Assembly (NCBI GenBank): GCA_964016885.1
Contig: OZ024740.1
Coordinates: 383,904,001 to 383,968,000 of the forward strand
Direction of reading: 5' to 3'
From: Eledone cirrhosa
Lineage: Eukaryota
Length of the DNA: 64,000 bases
The translations under genes were made by a program, and so were the position numbers. Shown piece after piece: positions 12,600 to 24,070 of this stretch. How positions within the stretch are numbered: the first letter of the stretch is position 1; each line of letters begins with the position of its first letter. The notes under the pieces are model-generated. The model ran no database searches, was not told where the DNA came from, and worked only from the letters and a program-made list of their open reading frames with translations.

Positions 12600-15385
12600 A
12601 AAGTATGACCCCGACGGCAGAGCTCAAGCCGTTTCGACGGCTATTTCTGGACTAAACTAGAATTTTTAGCCCGGTGAATAAATAGCCGAACTTGTCAAAG
12701 GGGTACTTCTTTATATGGAAAGATTGTAGTTGTCAAGGGGATTGGTTAAAATTTGTTGTAAACACAAATAAGTCTATAATGTCATTTGGCGGGAGGTAGG
12801 GGTTTGCTGAACTTTCCTGTAGAACTTTAGGAGACTCAGTGGAGCGGTCAAGCGTTGAAAGTGGTATGTATACAGCAGAGTCTAAGGATAGTGTATGAAG
12901 TGGAGGAGGAAGGTTATAGAATAGGGAAATCGAATGAGAGTAGGAGACAATAAAAGATAACAGAAATAAATAAAAAAATATATAAAATTAGTTAGTGAGA
13001 AATGAATTAAAACAATCACAATGCTATCAGGTTAATAGGTTAATAAGTTGAGAGTAGAAAAATCTTGTAGAAATTGAATAGTACCAAAACTGATACAAAA
13101 ATAAAAGGGGTTTAACAAGTCTGCTCTAAGTAGTTAGTAAAACGTATTCGGCCAGTTCTATTTTAAAATTACAGGGGTGGGGGATTTGATGCTACAGAGG
13201 CCCGATAGGCTGCATCGGGGTAGGCGAAAGGGGAAAGCAGACGAGGAAGAAAATAGGGGTGGAAGGAAGTGATAGGATGAGAGAGGGGGAAGAAGAAGAA
13301 GACAAAGAGAAAAAGAAAAGAGATACATCTACCTATGTAAGGTGGGGTTTCCCCTAACTTATTCGGCAGGTGGAAGGATCTACTCTTGTCTACCCACCCG
13401 GATCGTTATGGGGTTTGAGGGCGAGGTAAGTCCTACGCACTCTGTGTTTGCATGCGGTTACCAGTTCGCTTTTCTTTGTTTAGGATTTGGTCCTTCGAAA
13501 ACAGCATGTGTAATGTTTACTCCGAGCATAAGTGACACGGACAGCGTCCTCCCGTGTAAGAGTTAGCTCTGGACAGTAAGCTCCAAGTGATATTGTAGGT
13601 TATATTATTATCTTGGAGGTCCCAGATGTGGCCCGAAAGTGTAGTGGCATGTCTCGGGACCGGGTTTCGGAAAGTATGTCGGTGTTGGTAGAGCCGGGTC
13701 TTGATGTCACACGCGGTTAATCCTATAAAAGCTTTGTTGGAGGTGTCCGTCCTCACGTTGCACTGGTAGATCACGTTACGTTCTCAGCATTTGTTGTTGA
13801 GGGGGCACGTAGATCTATCAGGGCAGTTACATCTACTGGTCGGCTCACCACTGATATCTAGGCTATTGCTTCCATAGGGGTTGAGTTTTTGTTGTTTGAG
13901 GAGACAATGTTTTGTGCGAAGTTAGGTGTGGTGCTGTAGGAGAGTTTGATGGTGTTTTTGTTGATTATGTTTTGGTAGCGTTGTTGTAGTTGGAAGTGTT
14001 TTTCGAGGAGTCTAAAGAAGATTTTCCCGATAGGTGTTTCCACCTCGGCATTATGGGGAGGATCGAACCACGTTACGTTGCGTGAGCGGCGGTGTCGCCT
14101 GCTGGTTCCGCTAAGGGAAGCTGGATAAAAGAATATTTCCTCCCGGAAGCCACTCCGCTTGAGGGCCTGGTTGTAATGAGGCGCGTGTTCGTCGAATATC
14201 TGCTCATTAGCGGACAAACGAGATATGCGGAGAGAGATGTTTTTAACCAGGTTATTGGTGATGTTTCTAGATGGTTAGAGCGGCGGTGGATGTAGTGCAG
14301 GTTGTCATTTGGATTCCTGTATGGGTAGTGCAGATCATTTTCGAGGTTAAAAGTAACGTACAGGAAATTGACTCGGGTTAGGGATGTTTGTAGGGTGATT
14401 TTAAATCCCCAGTCCCAGAAGAAGTTGATTAGTTGTTTACGGACCCGGTCTGTACTACTCCGGTTGTACCCTTTGAGGGTGAGGAGCCCATCATCCCGGT
14501 ACAATCCACCACCGAATGCAGCAAACATTTCGGTGAGTTTAAATAGTAAGAATAATCCTATAAGATCTGTGACCTCGGCCGAATCAGTCGCACCAATACT
14601 GACGTCGAAGGGGGAGTGGGGAGCTCTCTTTATCCACTTGGAATTGTCAAAAGGTAGGACTGTCTTCCTGGCGTGGAGAATGATATTTCTTTCCTGGTCA
14701 GTGATGGGTGTGAGTGTTTCGGCAAAGTCCAAGGCGGCCGTAAGGAGCGGTAAGGTAATAGATGCATAGTAACTCTCTATGTCAAACTGGATGAATTTTG
14801 TGTCGCGTTTGTCCTCCATATGCCTGAACCATGAGATTACTTCCTGGGTGCTGACCCATAGACTATGTCTCACGTTTTGTTTAACTTTTGATGTAACTAG
14901 ATGTAGGATCGTTTTACTGATTCTCCCTATGTCCGACTTCGTTGGGTTTATAAGCCTAATGGATGGTTTGCGATCGAATTCGGATTTGTGGTCCTTCAGT
15001 GTGAAGTAGGGAGTCCGTGGGTCTAGGGGTTCAGTGCGGTCGGCGACCCCGAGGCTGGAGGTAATTTGTTGTCCATCTCGATTTATGTCCTCCATAATTG
15101 AATGGTTAGCCTTTTTATAGTTTTGTCCGAGTGCACCATGATGTCGTTGGTGTTTTCATACTCTGTTATTTTGTTACGGAGTTATTGTAGGAATCTGGTG
15201 TGTCTGTGTTTGAATTTAATGCTCTTGACCACGTGGAAAAGGTCGTTCTCGAAGGGTGAGAGCATAGGGTTCGGAGGGGGAGATTTGTAGGTATTGAATC
15301 CGAATTTCTCCTTGGTGTCTAAGTCCTGAAGTATTGAGTACTCTGGTGCGTTATGGTCCATCTGGTTCCTTACCACAATTCCTTT
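12600..15385 (-). mobile_element. Penelope-like element (RT + C-terminal GIY-YIG; resembles the Naiad clade), frameshifted, with a 3' pseudo-LTR; flanked by (TA)n
   Basis: Motifs [16 protein letters not shown]; TLKDHK..RLINPTKSDIGRISK; FDIESYY; GLYRDDGL; TWFDPP; IKLSYS; linker CNC-x5-CPLNNKC; VIYQC..FIGLT..KTRLYQH; CHLC. Confidence 0.9.
12608..12704 (-). ncRNA. Decayed type I hammerhead ribozyme in the PLE pseudo-LTR
   Basis: On the minus strand: stem I ACCCC/GGGGT, stem II CGGCTATTT/AAATAGCCG, and GAAACGGC-loop-GCCGTC (GUC site). The core reads TTGACAA instead of CTGANGA. Confidence 0.6.
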
Positions 15386-15386
15386 G

Positions 15387-15459
<73 letters not shown>

Positions 15460-15466
15460 GTATACG

Positions 15467-15498
<32 letters not shown>

Positions 15499-15616
15499 TA
15501 TATATATATGTATATATATGTATATATATATATGTATATATATGTATATACAGAATATATATATATATATATAAATATATATATATGTGTGTATATATAT
15601 ATATTTATATATGTGC

Positions 15617-15648
<32 letters not shown>

Positions 15649-15988
15649 GTACATATATATATATGTAGTTATGTAATAAACAACATAAGATAATTATTTC
15701 ATTTACCAGTGGTTTCTTGAAGGCAGATGCTGTGTCTGTCTTCAGTCGTCAGAATGAATGAATAACATGGGTTTTTTTTAATTAAATATGGATTTGAAAA
15801 CAAAATTTAGGAAATATGAAAGTGAGGCTGAAAAAAACAGGCTAATAGGAAATACATATAAAGAATATATATATGAAAAACTAAATATCCAGAACATAGA
15901 GAAACACACTCAAATTCACGCATATACTTAGTACGTCGACGTATATTTTCTCACATAAGCGTATTTGCGTCTAAATAGAAATACGGAC

Positions 15989-18900
15989 AGCAGAATATAG
16001 TTATTTGCCATTGTGCTGCCAACTGATCCCGAAAGCCACTGCCCCGGAATTCTGGTCAAGAAGGCGACAGCAACAGGATAATAAAATCGACCCCGCATCT
16101 TCGTTACAAGAAGGCACTCGAGATTCAGCATACTGCCTGGCGGACCGACCTGGTAGCAGTTTCATCTCACCACCATGACCAAGAGGAAGGCAACGACAAC
16201 AACTGTGACATTAACATCAACAACACACATGTGTATACATCAACATCTCACCAGCAATCTTCGCCATTAACAAGAGGAAGGCAACGACGACAACAGTGGC
16301 ATTAACAACTACAACTCTACGATTAACAAGAGGAAGCCAACCACAGCATCAGTGACAGTGACTGTGACTCGGGTATCGGTAGCCGATGCCCTCACTTCCT
16401 AGATTGAGAGCGCCCTGGACACAAATCGAGCCAGTGACTGGGAGCGCTGTTCTATTTAGCCCCACTCGTCCTCGGCTTCCCCAGCTCCGGCGCTGACCGG
16501 GGCGGCCGGTTAACAGCAGCCTTCGTCAAGGCCAATGTCTCGTCCTTTGGGCGAGCGCCCATTCCAAGCGTGCCCAGGGTGCCACACACCCCACCCTCAT
16601 GTACACCCTATGCTCCATCCCCGAGGCCAGCGCCAAGCGTTTGCGTGACCTGGTAAATGCCAAGCATATCATGGGTGATGTCTCGGCCGCAGTCGGAGTT
16701 GTCGCCACAGAGGACACTGTCCTCAAACCCACCGAGGAGGTCCTGGTTGCTCTGCGACTCAAACACCCTGAGCCACCTACTGATCTCAGACCTATACCTC
16801 CAACTGACCCCCACTTGCTCCTTGTGGCTTCTGACGCAGACATCATGTCCCCCATCAGGTCCGTCCTAGCTAGCAGCTGCGGAGGTGTTGATGGTCTCCG
16901 ACCAGGGCACCTGAAGGAGTTGATATCCCTCCTCTCCGCTGAGGCCGGGCGCCGCCTTCTGTGTGCAATTGTGGCGCTCACCAATAGGCTCATCCATGGT
17001 GCCCGGGACTCTTACGCCCGAGGCCTCTATTTTTCGGCCAGCCTCATCGCTCTCAGGAAGAAAGAGGGTGGCATACGTCCCATTGCTATGGGCAATGTCT
17101 TCCGGAAGCTGGCTGCCAAGGTGATCTGCAAGTTCATAACACACGAACTGGACGAGGAGTTTAGTCGGGTACAACTAGGTGTCGGCGTGTCCGGTTGTTG
17201 TGAGGGGGCCACTCGTGCAACCAGGCAGTTCTTCAACAGCTGCCTATGGGAACCGGCATCCAGGGACTCCATGCACCTCATTGTCAAGCTTGACATGAGG
17301 AATCCCTTCAACTATTTACGCCGGGATCATCTGCTCGAGGCCTGCCTCAGCCGAGCCCCCTCTGCCTACCCGCTGGCCTACCTGTCTTATGGAGCCCCGA
17401 GCATGCTCCCTGGTGTTGTTACGGTCATACCCTCTGCTACTGGGGTCCAACAGAGCGACCCTTTGGGACTCTTCCTGTTCGCCCTTGGTATTGACCACAT
17501 CGCCCGGAGTATCACGGCCTCTCCTCAACGTTTGGCATCTGGATGATGCTACATTCGGCGGGCCCGTAGGGACGGTCTGCCATGACCTTCCATCGGTAGC
17601 TCCTGCCCTGGTGAGAATCGGCCTCCAGGTCACCTTGGCCAGGTCGGAGGTGGTGAATCTCAGCCTCGATGCTGCGAGCTTTGCAACCTCCGTCTTGGAC
17701 GTGCGGTCCATTATCCACCAGGTTCAGGTAACCACCAAATAGGTTGTCCTCATCCTCAGGTCACCGATCCACCCGCCAGCCATCCGCTCCACCATCAGGT
17801 CCAGGCTTCAACAGCCCCAGACTCTCACGAGCCGACTGGGCTTGATTGACGGCTACCCAGCTCTCTTTCTGCTGAGGAACTGCTTCGCCATGCCGAAGAT
17901 CCTCCATACACTCCGCAGTGATCCATGCTACACCTATACATCTCTCCTCGCTGACCTTGATATTTACCTGTATTCAAGCAGCAGCCGAGGAGATATGCAA
18001 CGTCAAGTTTGACGACATAGGGCGGTAACAGGCCACTTTACCTATCAGGTATGGCGGCCTTGGCCTCCGGTACCCGATCTCACTAGCTTTGCCGGCGTAT
18101 CTTTCGTCGGTAACCCCGTGCCACGTCCTTGACATCAGGGTTCTTCAAAACACAACAGAACCCTCTGTGTTCAGAGAACGTGAGGCCTCCTGTGAGATGT
18201 AGGACCGGCTGGGACTTAAGTCCAGTAGACGTCCCTCCTCCTTCTCCCCCTGTTGACCTCAAGTCCCCCCAACGCACTTGGGATGCCATCCTTTGCAGCC
18301 TGGCCTTAGACAGGATCACGCGCCAGCTCGACGAACACCGTCCTTCTTGTTTTCGTGCGGCCTCCAAACACCACAGTGGTGCTTGTCTCCATGAACTTCC
18401 CCCTCGTTTTCCACAAGTACGCAGCTAGACAACCATAGCCTGCTCATCGGCATTTCTCTGAGGCTCGGCCAGCCACACCAATGTCGCTGCGGTTCCACCA
18501 TGGACTCTTTCGGCCACCACCCGCTTTCCTGTTGCCACAGTGATGGCCGCCTTCCACGCCATGCTGGCCCCAACGAGGTCATTAAGTATCAATTAGAGGC
18601 TTCAGGCTACCCTTCCCACCTCGAGCCGGTGGGGATGGACAGGGGGGGGAAGCGCCAGATGGCATGACCATCTTCCCGTTCCGGGGTGGCAAACCCTCGT
18701 CTGGGTGCCACTTGCACCGACACTTTCTCCAGCCGCAACCTGGTGCAGTCTGCGACTGACCCATGTTCTGCTGCACGTCGGGCTGAGGAGGCCAAGCTCC
18801 TCAAATACTTGTCGCTCTTCGACAGGTTTGCGGTCGTACTTCTGGCAGTGGAGACTTCTGGTGTCCTCGGCCCCAGGGCTACCGCCTTACTCCCCACCAT

Positions 18901-19130
18901 AGGCTCCGAGCTGGTCAGCCGCAGGTGTGAGCCCCACGAGTTCGAGTGGCTATTCCAGCGCGTCTCCGTCGCCGTCCTTCGGGGAAACGCCTGCTCCATT
19001 CTGTCTGCCAGGGTTGTGGGTGGGCCCCATCGCGTACCGTTGTAGTTGTAGTAGACACCCTTCTAATTAAATACACATTCTGAATTAGTGATCTATGCTA
19101 ATTGAAGACAGCGGCCGAAATGTTTATGAT
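15989..19130 (+). mobile_element. Decayed CRE-clade non-LTR retrotransposon (RT + restriction-like endonuclease)
   Basis: RT motifs SCGGVDGLRPGHLK, LIALRKKEGGIRPIAMG, QLGVG, DMRNPFN, GVQQSDPLG, WHLDD; C-terminal LAVETSGVLG and QRVSVAVLRGNA. Boundaries were inferred from the empty site in the right arm of the inverted repeat (about 32285-32305). Confidence 0.88.
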
Positions 19131-19253
19131 ATATACACATCATATACACAGATATATATGCACTCAGAAATGTACACACAAATACGGGAAGTAGTTTAGA
19201 AACAGGAATAACTAAATAAATAAATAAGAACAAAAAATGCAATATATATATAT

Positions 19254-19644
19254 ATATGAATAGAATTAGTCCTTCACCAGTGATCTTCCAACCTTCATTG
19301 GTATTTCATAGCTTTAAAGATCATATACCTCTGGTTTGTGCGAGCAATAATTAAAGAAAGTTATTGGGACACGTAAAATAGGGTGAAGCGAGCGAGGCAT
19401 GTAAACAAACATAGATAGTAAACAAGTCCGTCACGGACTTGTCTCTTGTCTCTTATCTTCCTCTCTTTCCGTTACATTACCATCTATGTTTGTTTACATG
19501 TCTCTCTCGCTTCACCCTATTTTACGTGTCCCAGTATCTTTCTTTAGTTATTGCTCGCACTAACCAGAGGTGTATGATCTTTAAAGCGATGAAATACCAA
19601 TGAAGGTTGGAAGATCACTGATGAAGGACTAATCTTATTCATAT
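19254..19644. repeat. Inverted repeat (arms about 165 bp) of PLE pseudo-LTR-like sequence with a partial hammerhead
   Basis: 19254-19421 is the reverse complement of about 19478-19644. CTGATGAAGGA at 19619 lacks the GAAA half. Inner hairpin ACAAGTCCGT-C-ACGGACTTGT at 19422-19442. Confidence 0.85.
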
Positions 19645-19676
19645 GTTACCCATCTGCAACCAGGCAGCACGCCATT

Positions 19677-19738
<62 letters not shown>

Positions 19739-19882
19739 GTAAAAATCAAAATCAAAAACAAAATAAAGTCAAAAAGGGGACGTGTTGAAACCGAAAGGTG
19801 TGAGTGTGTGTGTGGGGGGGGGGGGATAGATAAAAAACTTAGAAATAAACAAATACACACGATATGCATATACATTTATATA

Positions 19883-19964
<82 letters not shown>

Positions 19965-19989
19965 TACACACATACAGGCATATATATCT

Positions 19990-20598
19990 ATGGTGGCTGC
20001 CAACTCGTTTTCGAGTACGGCCACTACTTTATATCCATGTAGGAGAACCCCTACCGATGCGCTGAACAAGTGACTTTTTAGTCCAGCCAGCGACTTGAAA
20101 ACTCTGGTACAAACACTACACTTGTGACAATTATTGACACATAGTGCTTTGCCTTTGGTACCATGTGACGACAAGTGCAGAGAGATCTCCAGATACAAAG
20201 CAATGCCTGTGCCGTGAAGCTTTTATAGTGAGCAAAGGCACTGCACAAAGCCAGTCCCACTCTCTTAACCAAGATGATATTTACCAAAAAGAAGAACAAG
20301 TCAACATCATTGGATACCATCAGGGTTGCAGGTGTTATATCAGAGTTTTCCTTCTCCTAGAATTCTGCCTTGACAAAGGCTAAGGGGTCATCTCTCCCAC
20401 TGATTTTGGATGGCCATTGACTCTTAAGAGCTTCTTTGCCCTTTGACAGGTTTTGTTTTTAGTCCTGCAGGATGTCCAAAGTCACCCTCCTCACCAAGAA
20501 ACCTTGGTGGGGTTGCCAGTTTAGTCGCCAACGACCCGACCATGAGACAGGTTGTACTGGGATACATGTTAGCAGTAGCACCAAGTGGTGACCTGACA
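19990..20598 (-). mobile_element. RTE-derived bipartite non-autonomous retroelement (RTE-like 5' UTR joined to an RTE 3' end)
   Basis: The minus strand ends with a [20 protein letters not shown] zinc-finger remnant typical of RTE C-termini. The 5' part has CTAGGAGAAGGAAAACTCTG. Homologous copies at 39808-40211 and 32757-33281. Confidence 0.7.
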
Positions 20599-21034
20599 TA
20601 TATATATATACATATATACACACATACAGGCATATATATCTATACACACATACAAACACACACACATATATGTGTATTTAGATATAAGATAAATATACGT
20701 TCATATATGCATACATATATATATATATATACACATATACAAACACATACACACATATATATACACAAACATACATACATATACACACACATCCACATAC
20801 ATACACATACAAAAAAACCTACAATAAATTAGATAGATGAATCTCAAAGGTACATAACCCACGTACATACGTACACATACGCGCGCGCACACACGCACGC
20901 ACTAAAAAATCAACACACGCATACAAATAAACATATACGTCAATCCATACAAACATATATACACATATATACAAAAACATATATACAAACACACACACAC
21001 ACATATATATATAGATATAAATATATATATATAC

Positions 21035-21074
<40 letters not shown>

Positions 21075-21076
<2 letters not shown>

Positions 21077-21160
21077 GATGACGCAATGAATTCTCGACAG
21101 TTGGATTATGTAACTGTCTTTATCCCATTGCAGAAACTAATTAGTTGGAGTGAAAATTTA
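21075..21160 (+). ncRNA. Truncated/decayed hammerhead-like motif (PLE pseudo-LTR fragment)
   Basis: CTGATGA-CGCAATG...CATTGC-AGAAAC; the 5' strand of stem I is replaced by (TA)n. Confidence 0.45.
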
Positions 21161-21217
21161 AGTAAGTAAGTAAAAAATTAAAAAAAAATTTTTTTTTAAA
21201 TATTTTCTTATTTTACG

Positions 21218-21249
<32 letters not shown>

Positions 21250-21464
21250 GTTATTCCGGGTTGAATCGGAGGTAACCACAGTAAGCAAGGTACTCAATAC
21301 ATAGCAGAGTATACAAGTTTTAATATAGAAGAGATTCTACAGGTCTAGAACTGTTTCATTCTTTAGAAATCATCAGGAATCTGGGTTTGGATACCCAGAT
21401 TCCTGATGATTTCTAAAGAATGAAACAGTTCTAGTCCTGTAGAACCTCTTCTATATTAAAACTT
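21250..21464. repeat. Pseudo-LTR palindrome (arms 21315-21386 / 21393-21464) carrying a type I hammerhead on each strand
   Basis: AGATTC-CTGATGA-TTTCTAAAGAAT-GAAACAG-loop-CTGTA-GAATCT: stem I AGATTC/GAATCT, stem III ACAG/CTGT, GUA site. Stem I is perfect on the minus arm and has one mismatch on the plus arm. Confidence 0.85.
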
Positions 21465-21649
21465 ATATAAATATATATACATATATACACACACACACAT
21501 GTATACGTAAAATAGACACACACACATATATAAATATACACACACGTGTATAAATATACACACATGTGTATATAAACAGAAAGGCAGACAAACTATAAAT
21601 ACACATACGCTCGCAGGTGGGAGTATAAAAGAGGGGTACCAAACACCAT

Positions 21650-22400
21650 GAAAAAAGAACAGCAACGGCGCTGGCAAATAAAGTGTGGGAGTTTAAAGAC
21701 AAAAACATTCCATACACTATTGATTGGTCTATTTTAGACCATTCAAGAGAATACCAAAGGGTCACAAAGAAATGTTCTTTGTTAATACGAAAAAAATTAG
21801 AATACTCCAAAACTTCAAAACCCCTCCCACTTGTCTCAACTCTAAGACCGAGATCTTTAGATGTTGTCCGCACCTGAAATCGCATCTATGTTTTAACTGG
21901 ATTAACACACCAACGATTACTCAACCACCTTGAGATTCTTCTTTACTTATCACGCCTTCCACTCACTACCAATATGAACACATACTTTCTACTCACTACC
22001 TTATGAACACATACTTTCTACCAATTTATACTTTTTCTCCATCATCTCATTCTATATATTTCTTTATTTTTATTTTTTATTTTTTTATGTTTTTATGTAT
22101 TTTTTTCATTTGACTAATAATCACCCCCGCCCCTACTATACTTTTAACACATACACACCAACCACTTTCATCCTTTACTCAGATCACTTTTTAACTATAT
22201 ACCCTTATCCAGATCTCATCACAAACACTCAATCTCTACAACGTTTACAGCCCTTTCCCCTTACCTGTTATTAATAATTATTTTTATTATTTTATTTCAG
22301 ATTTACTCCCCCTTGTCCTTACTTAGCCAATAGGTTTTTAAGTGTACTCACATATGGTTGTATGTGGGCGCATATGCTGACAGGCTTATGTGTACATACA
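21650..22400 (+). mobile_element. 3' fragment of a Penelope-like element (GIY-YIG C-half + 3' UTR)
   Basis: KRTATALANKVWEFKDKNIPYTIDWSILD is nearly the same as the minus-strand copy at 27211-27525. Confidence 0.8.
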
Positions 22401-22501
22401 TATATATGTGTTTTTATTAGTTATATGTGTGTGTGTGTGTGTGTCTGTGTCTGTGTGTGTATGTGTCTGTTTATATATAAATATGTGTGTATATATATCT
22501 A

Positions 22502-22586
<85 letters not shown>

Positions 22587-23070
22587 GAAGTAATTCCGTG
22601 GGAAAGGTTCAGGAAAAAAGAGTGCTCTATGTGGGTTACAGAGCTTAATAGTTATGTAATAAGTAGCATAAGATAATTATTTCATTTAACAGTGGTTTAT
22701 TGAAAGCAAACAAAATTCGCTTTCAATCATCAGAATGAAAAAAATCCTGGTGTATTTATTGACAGTCGATTTTTAAAACAAAAATATAATCTTTATGAAA
22801 GTGAGGCTGGAAAAGGAAGGAGGAAAGGAAAAAGAATAAAAGTAGATAAACACACATGCACATACACACACAAACACACGCACACACATATACATATACA
22901 TACACACACATATACACATATACATATATATATATATATATACATATATACATATATATATACATACACATATATATACACGTACAAATACACATACATA
23001 TACATACATACACACATATATATCCACATATACATACATACACAAAAATACACAAACACACACGCACATG

Positions 23071-23104
<34 letters not shown>

Positions 23105-23502
23105 TAATCATACATATATCCACACGTACATACACACACATACATACACACATATATACACGCACACACTAATATAGATATATGTAAACACATACGCGAA
23201 CACACAATTAATAATAATAAAATAATAAAAATAAAAAACAACAGACGACCATATAGGCCGTCACATAAAAATAAAAATAAATGTAAAAATTATTATAACG
23301 TTCACAGCGATACAGCAAAGGACGCAAATAAATGAACAAAGACACGTGGTAAGCAATAAACACAAATACACATACACATACATATAAATAAATACATGCA
23401 CACACACATACATATACATATACACATACATATACATACATATATATATACACATACATACATATATATATATATATACACACATACAAACACACACACA
23501 CC

Positions 23503-23550
<48 letters not shown>

Positions 23551-23557
<7 letters not shown>

Positions 23558-23892
23558 AGATCAAAAGATGGTTAAAGGAGTTCCATGTATTTTATTATGC
23601 GCATTTCAAAAACAAACATCATCATGCAATAATATTTGTGTTTTCATCAGATAAAACAGGAGAACATGATATGAAGGCTAGAAAACACTTGTGGATAGTG
23701 CAGTTTTAAATCAACATATCATGATATGTTGATTTAAAACTGCACTATCCACAAGTGTTTTTTAGCCTTCATATCATGTTCTCCTGTTTTATCTGATGAA
23801 AACACAAATATTATTGCATGATGATGTTTGTTTTTGAAATGCGCATAATAAAATACATGGAACTCCTTTAACCATCTTTTGATCTTATATTA
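23551..23892. repeat. Near-perfect 342-bp palindrome (no loop) with a minimal hammerhead on each arm
   Basis: Centre ATATCA|TGATAT at 23721/23722; I see one mismatch. Hammerhead at 23787-23853: TTTTAT-CTGATGA-AAAC..GTTTTT-GAAAT-GCGC-ATA-ATAAAA. Confidence 0.92.
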
Positions 23893-24070
23893 TGCATACT
23901 CCAGTCCTACAAACTGTAGAGTGCTTCTTATCCGATATCTGCATTGCTTTATTGTACTACAATAAAACTCACCTCCTACATTATATATATATATATATAC
24001 ACACACACACATACACACACATGTATGTGTGTAAAACTCTTTCTTTGATGTATTCATAGAAACTTGTTTA

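Noticed and set aside
13784-13786. In-frame TGA in the Cys linker of the Naiad-like PLE (CPLNNKC*ERNVIY), suggesting selenocysteine recoding as reported for some Naiad elements
   Set aside because: The TGA follows a conserved Cys rather than replacing one, and all linker Cys codons are TGY. CGA-to-TGA decay is simpler, and the other PLE copies show no TGA at Cys positions.
16175-16345. Three short spaced repeats (ACAAGAGGAAGGCAACGAC) superficially like a CRISPR array
   Set aside because: Eukaryotic context, degenerate repeats and related spacers; it is an internal repeat in the CRE element's 5' region.
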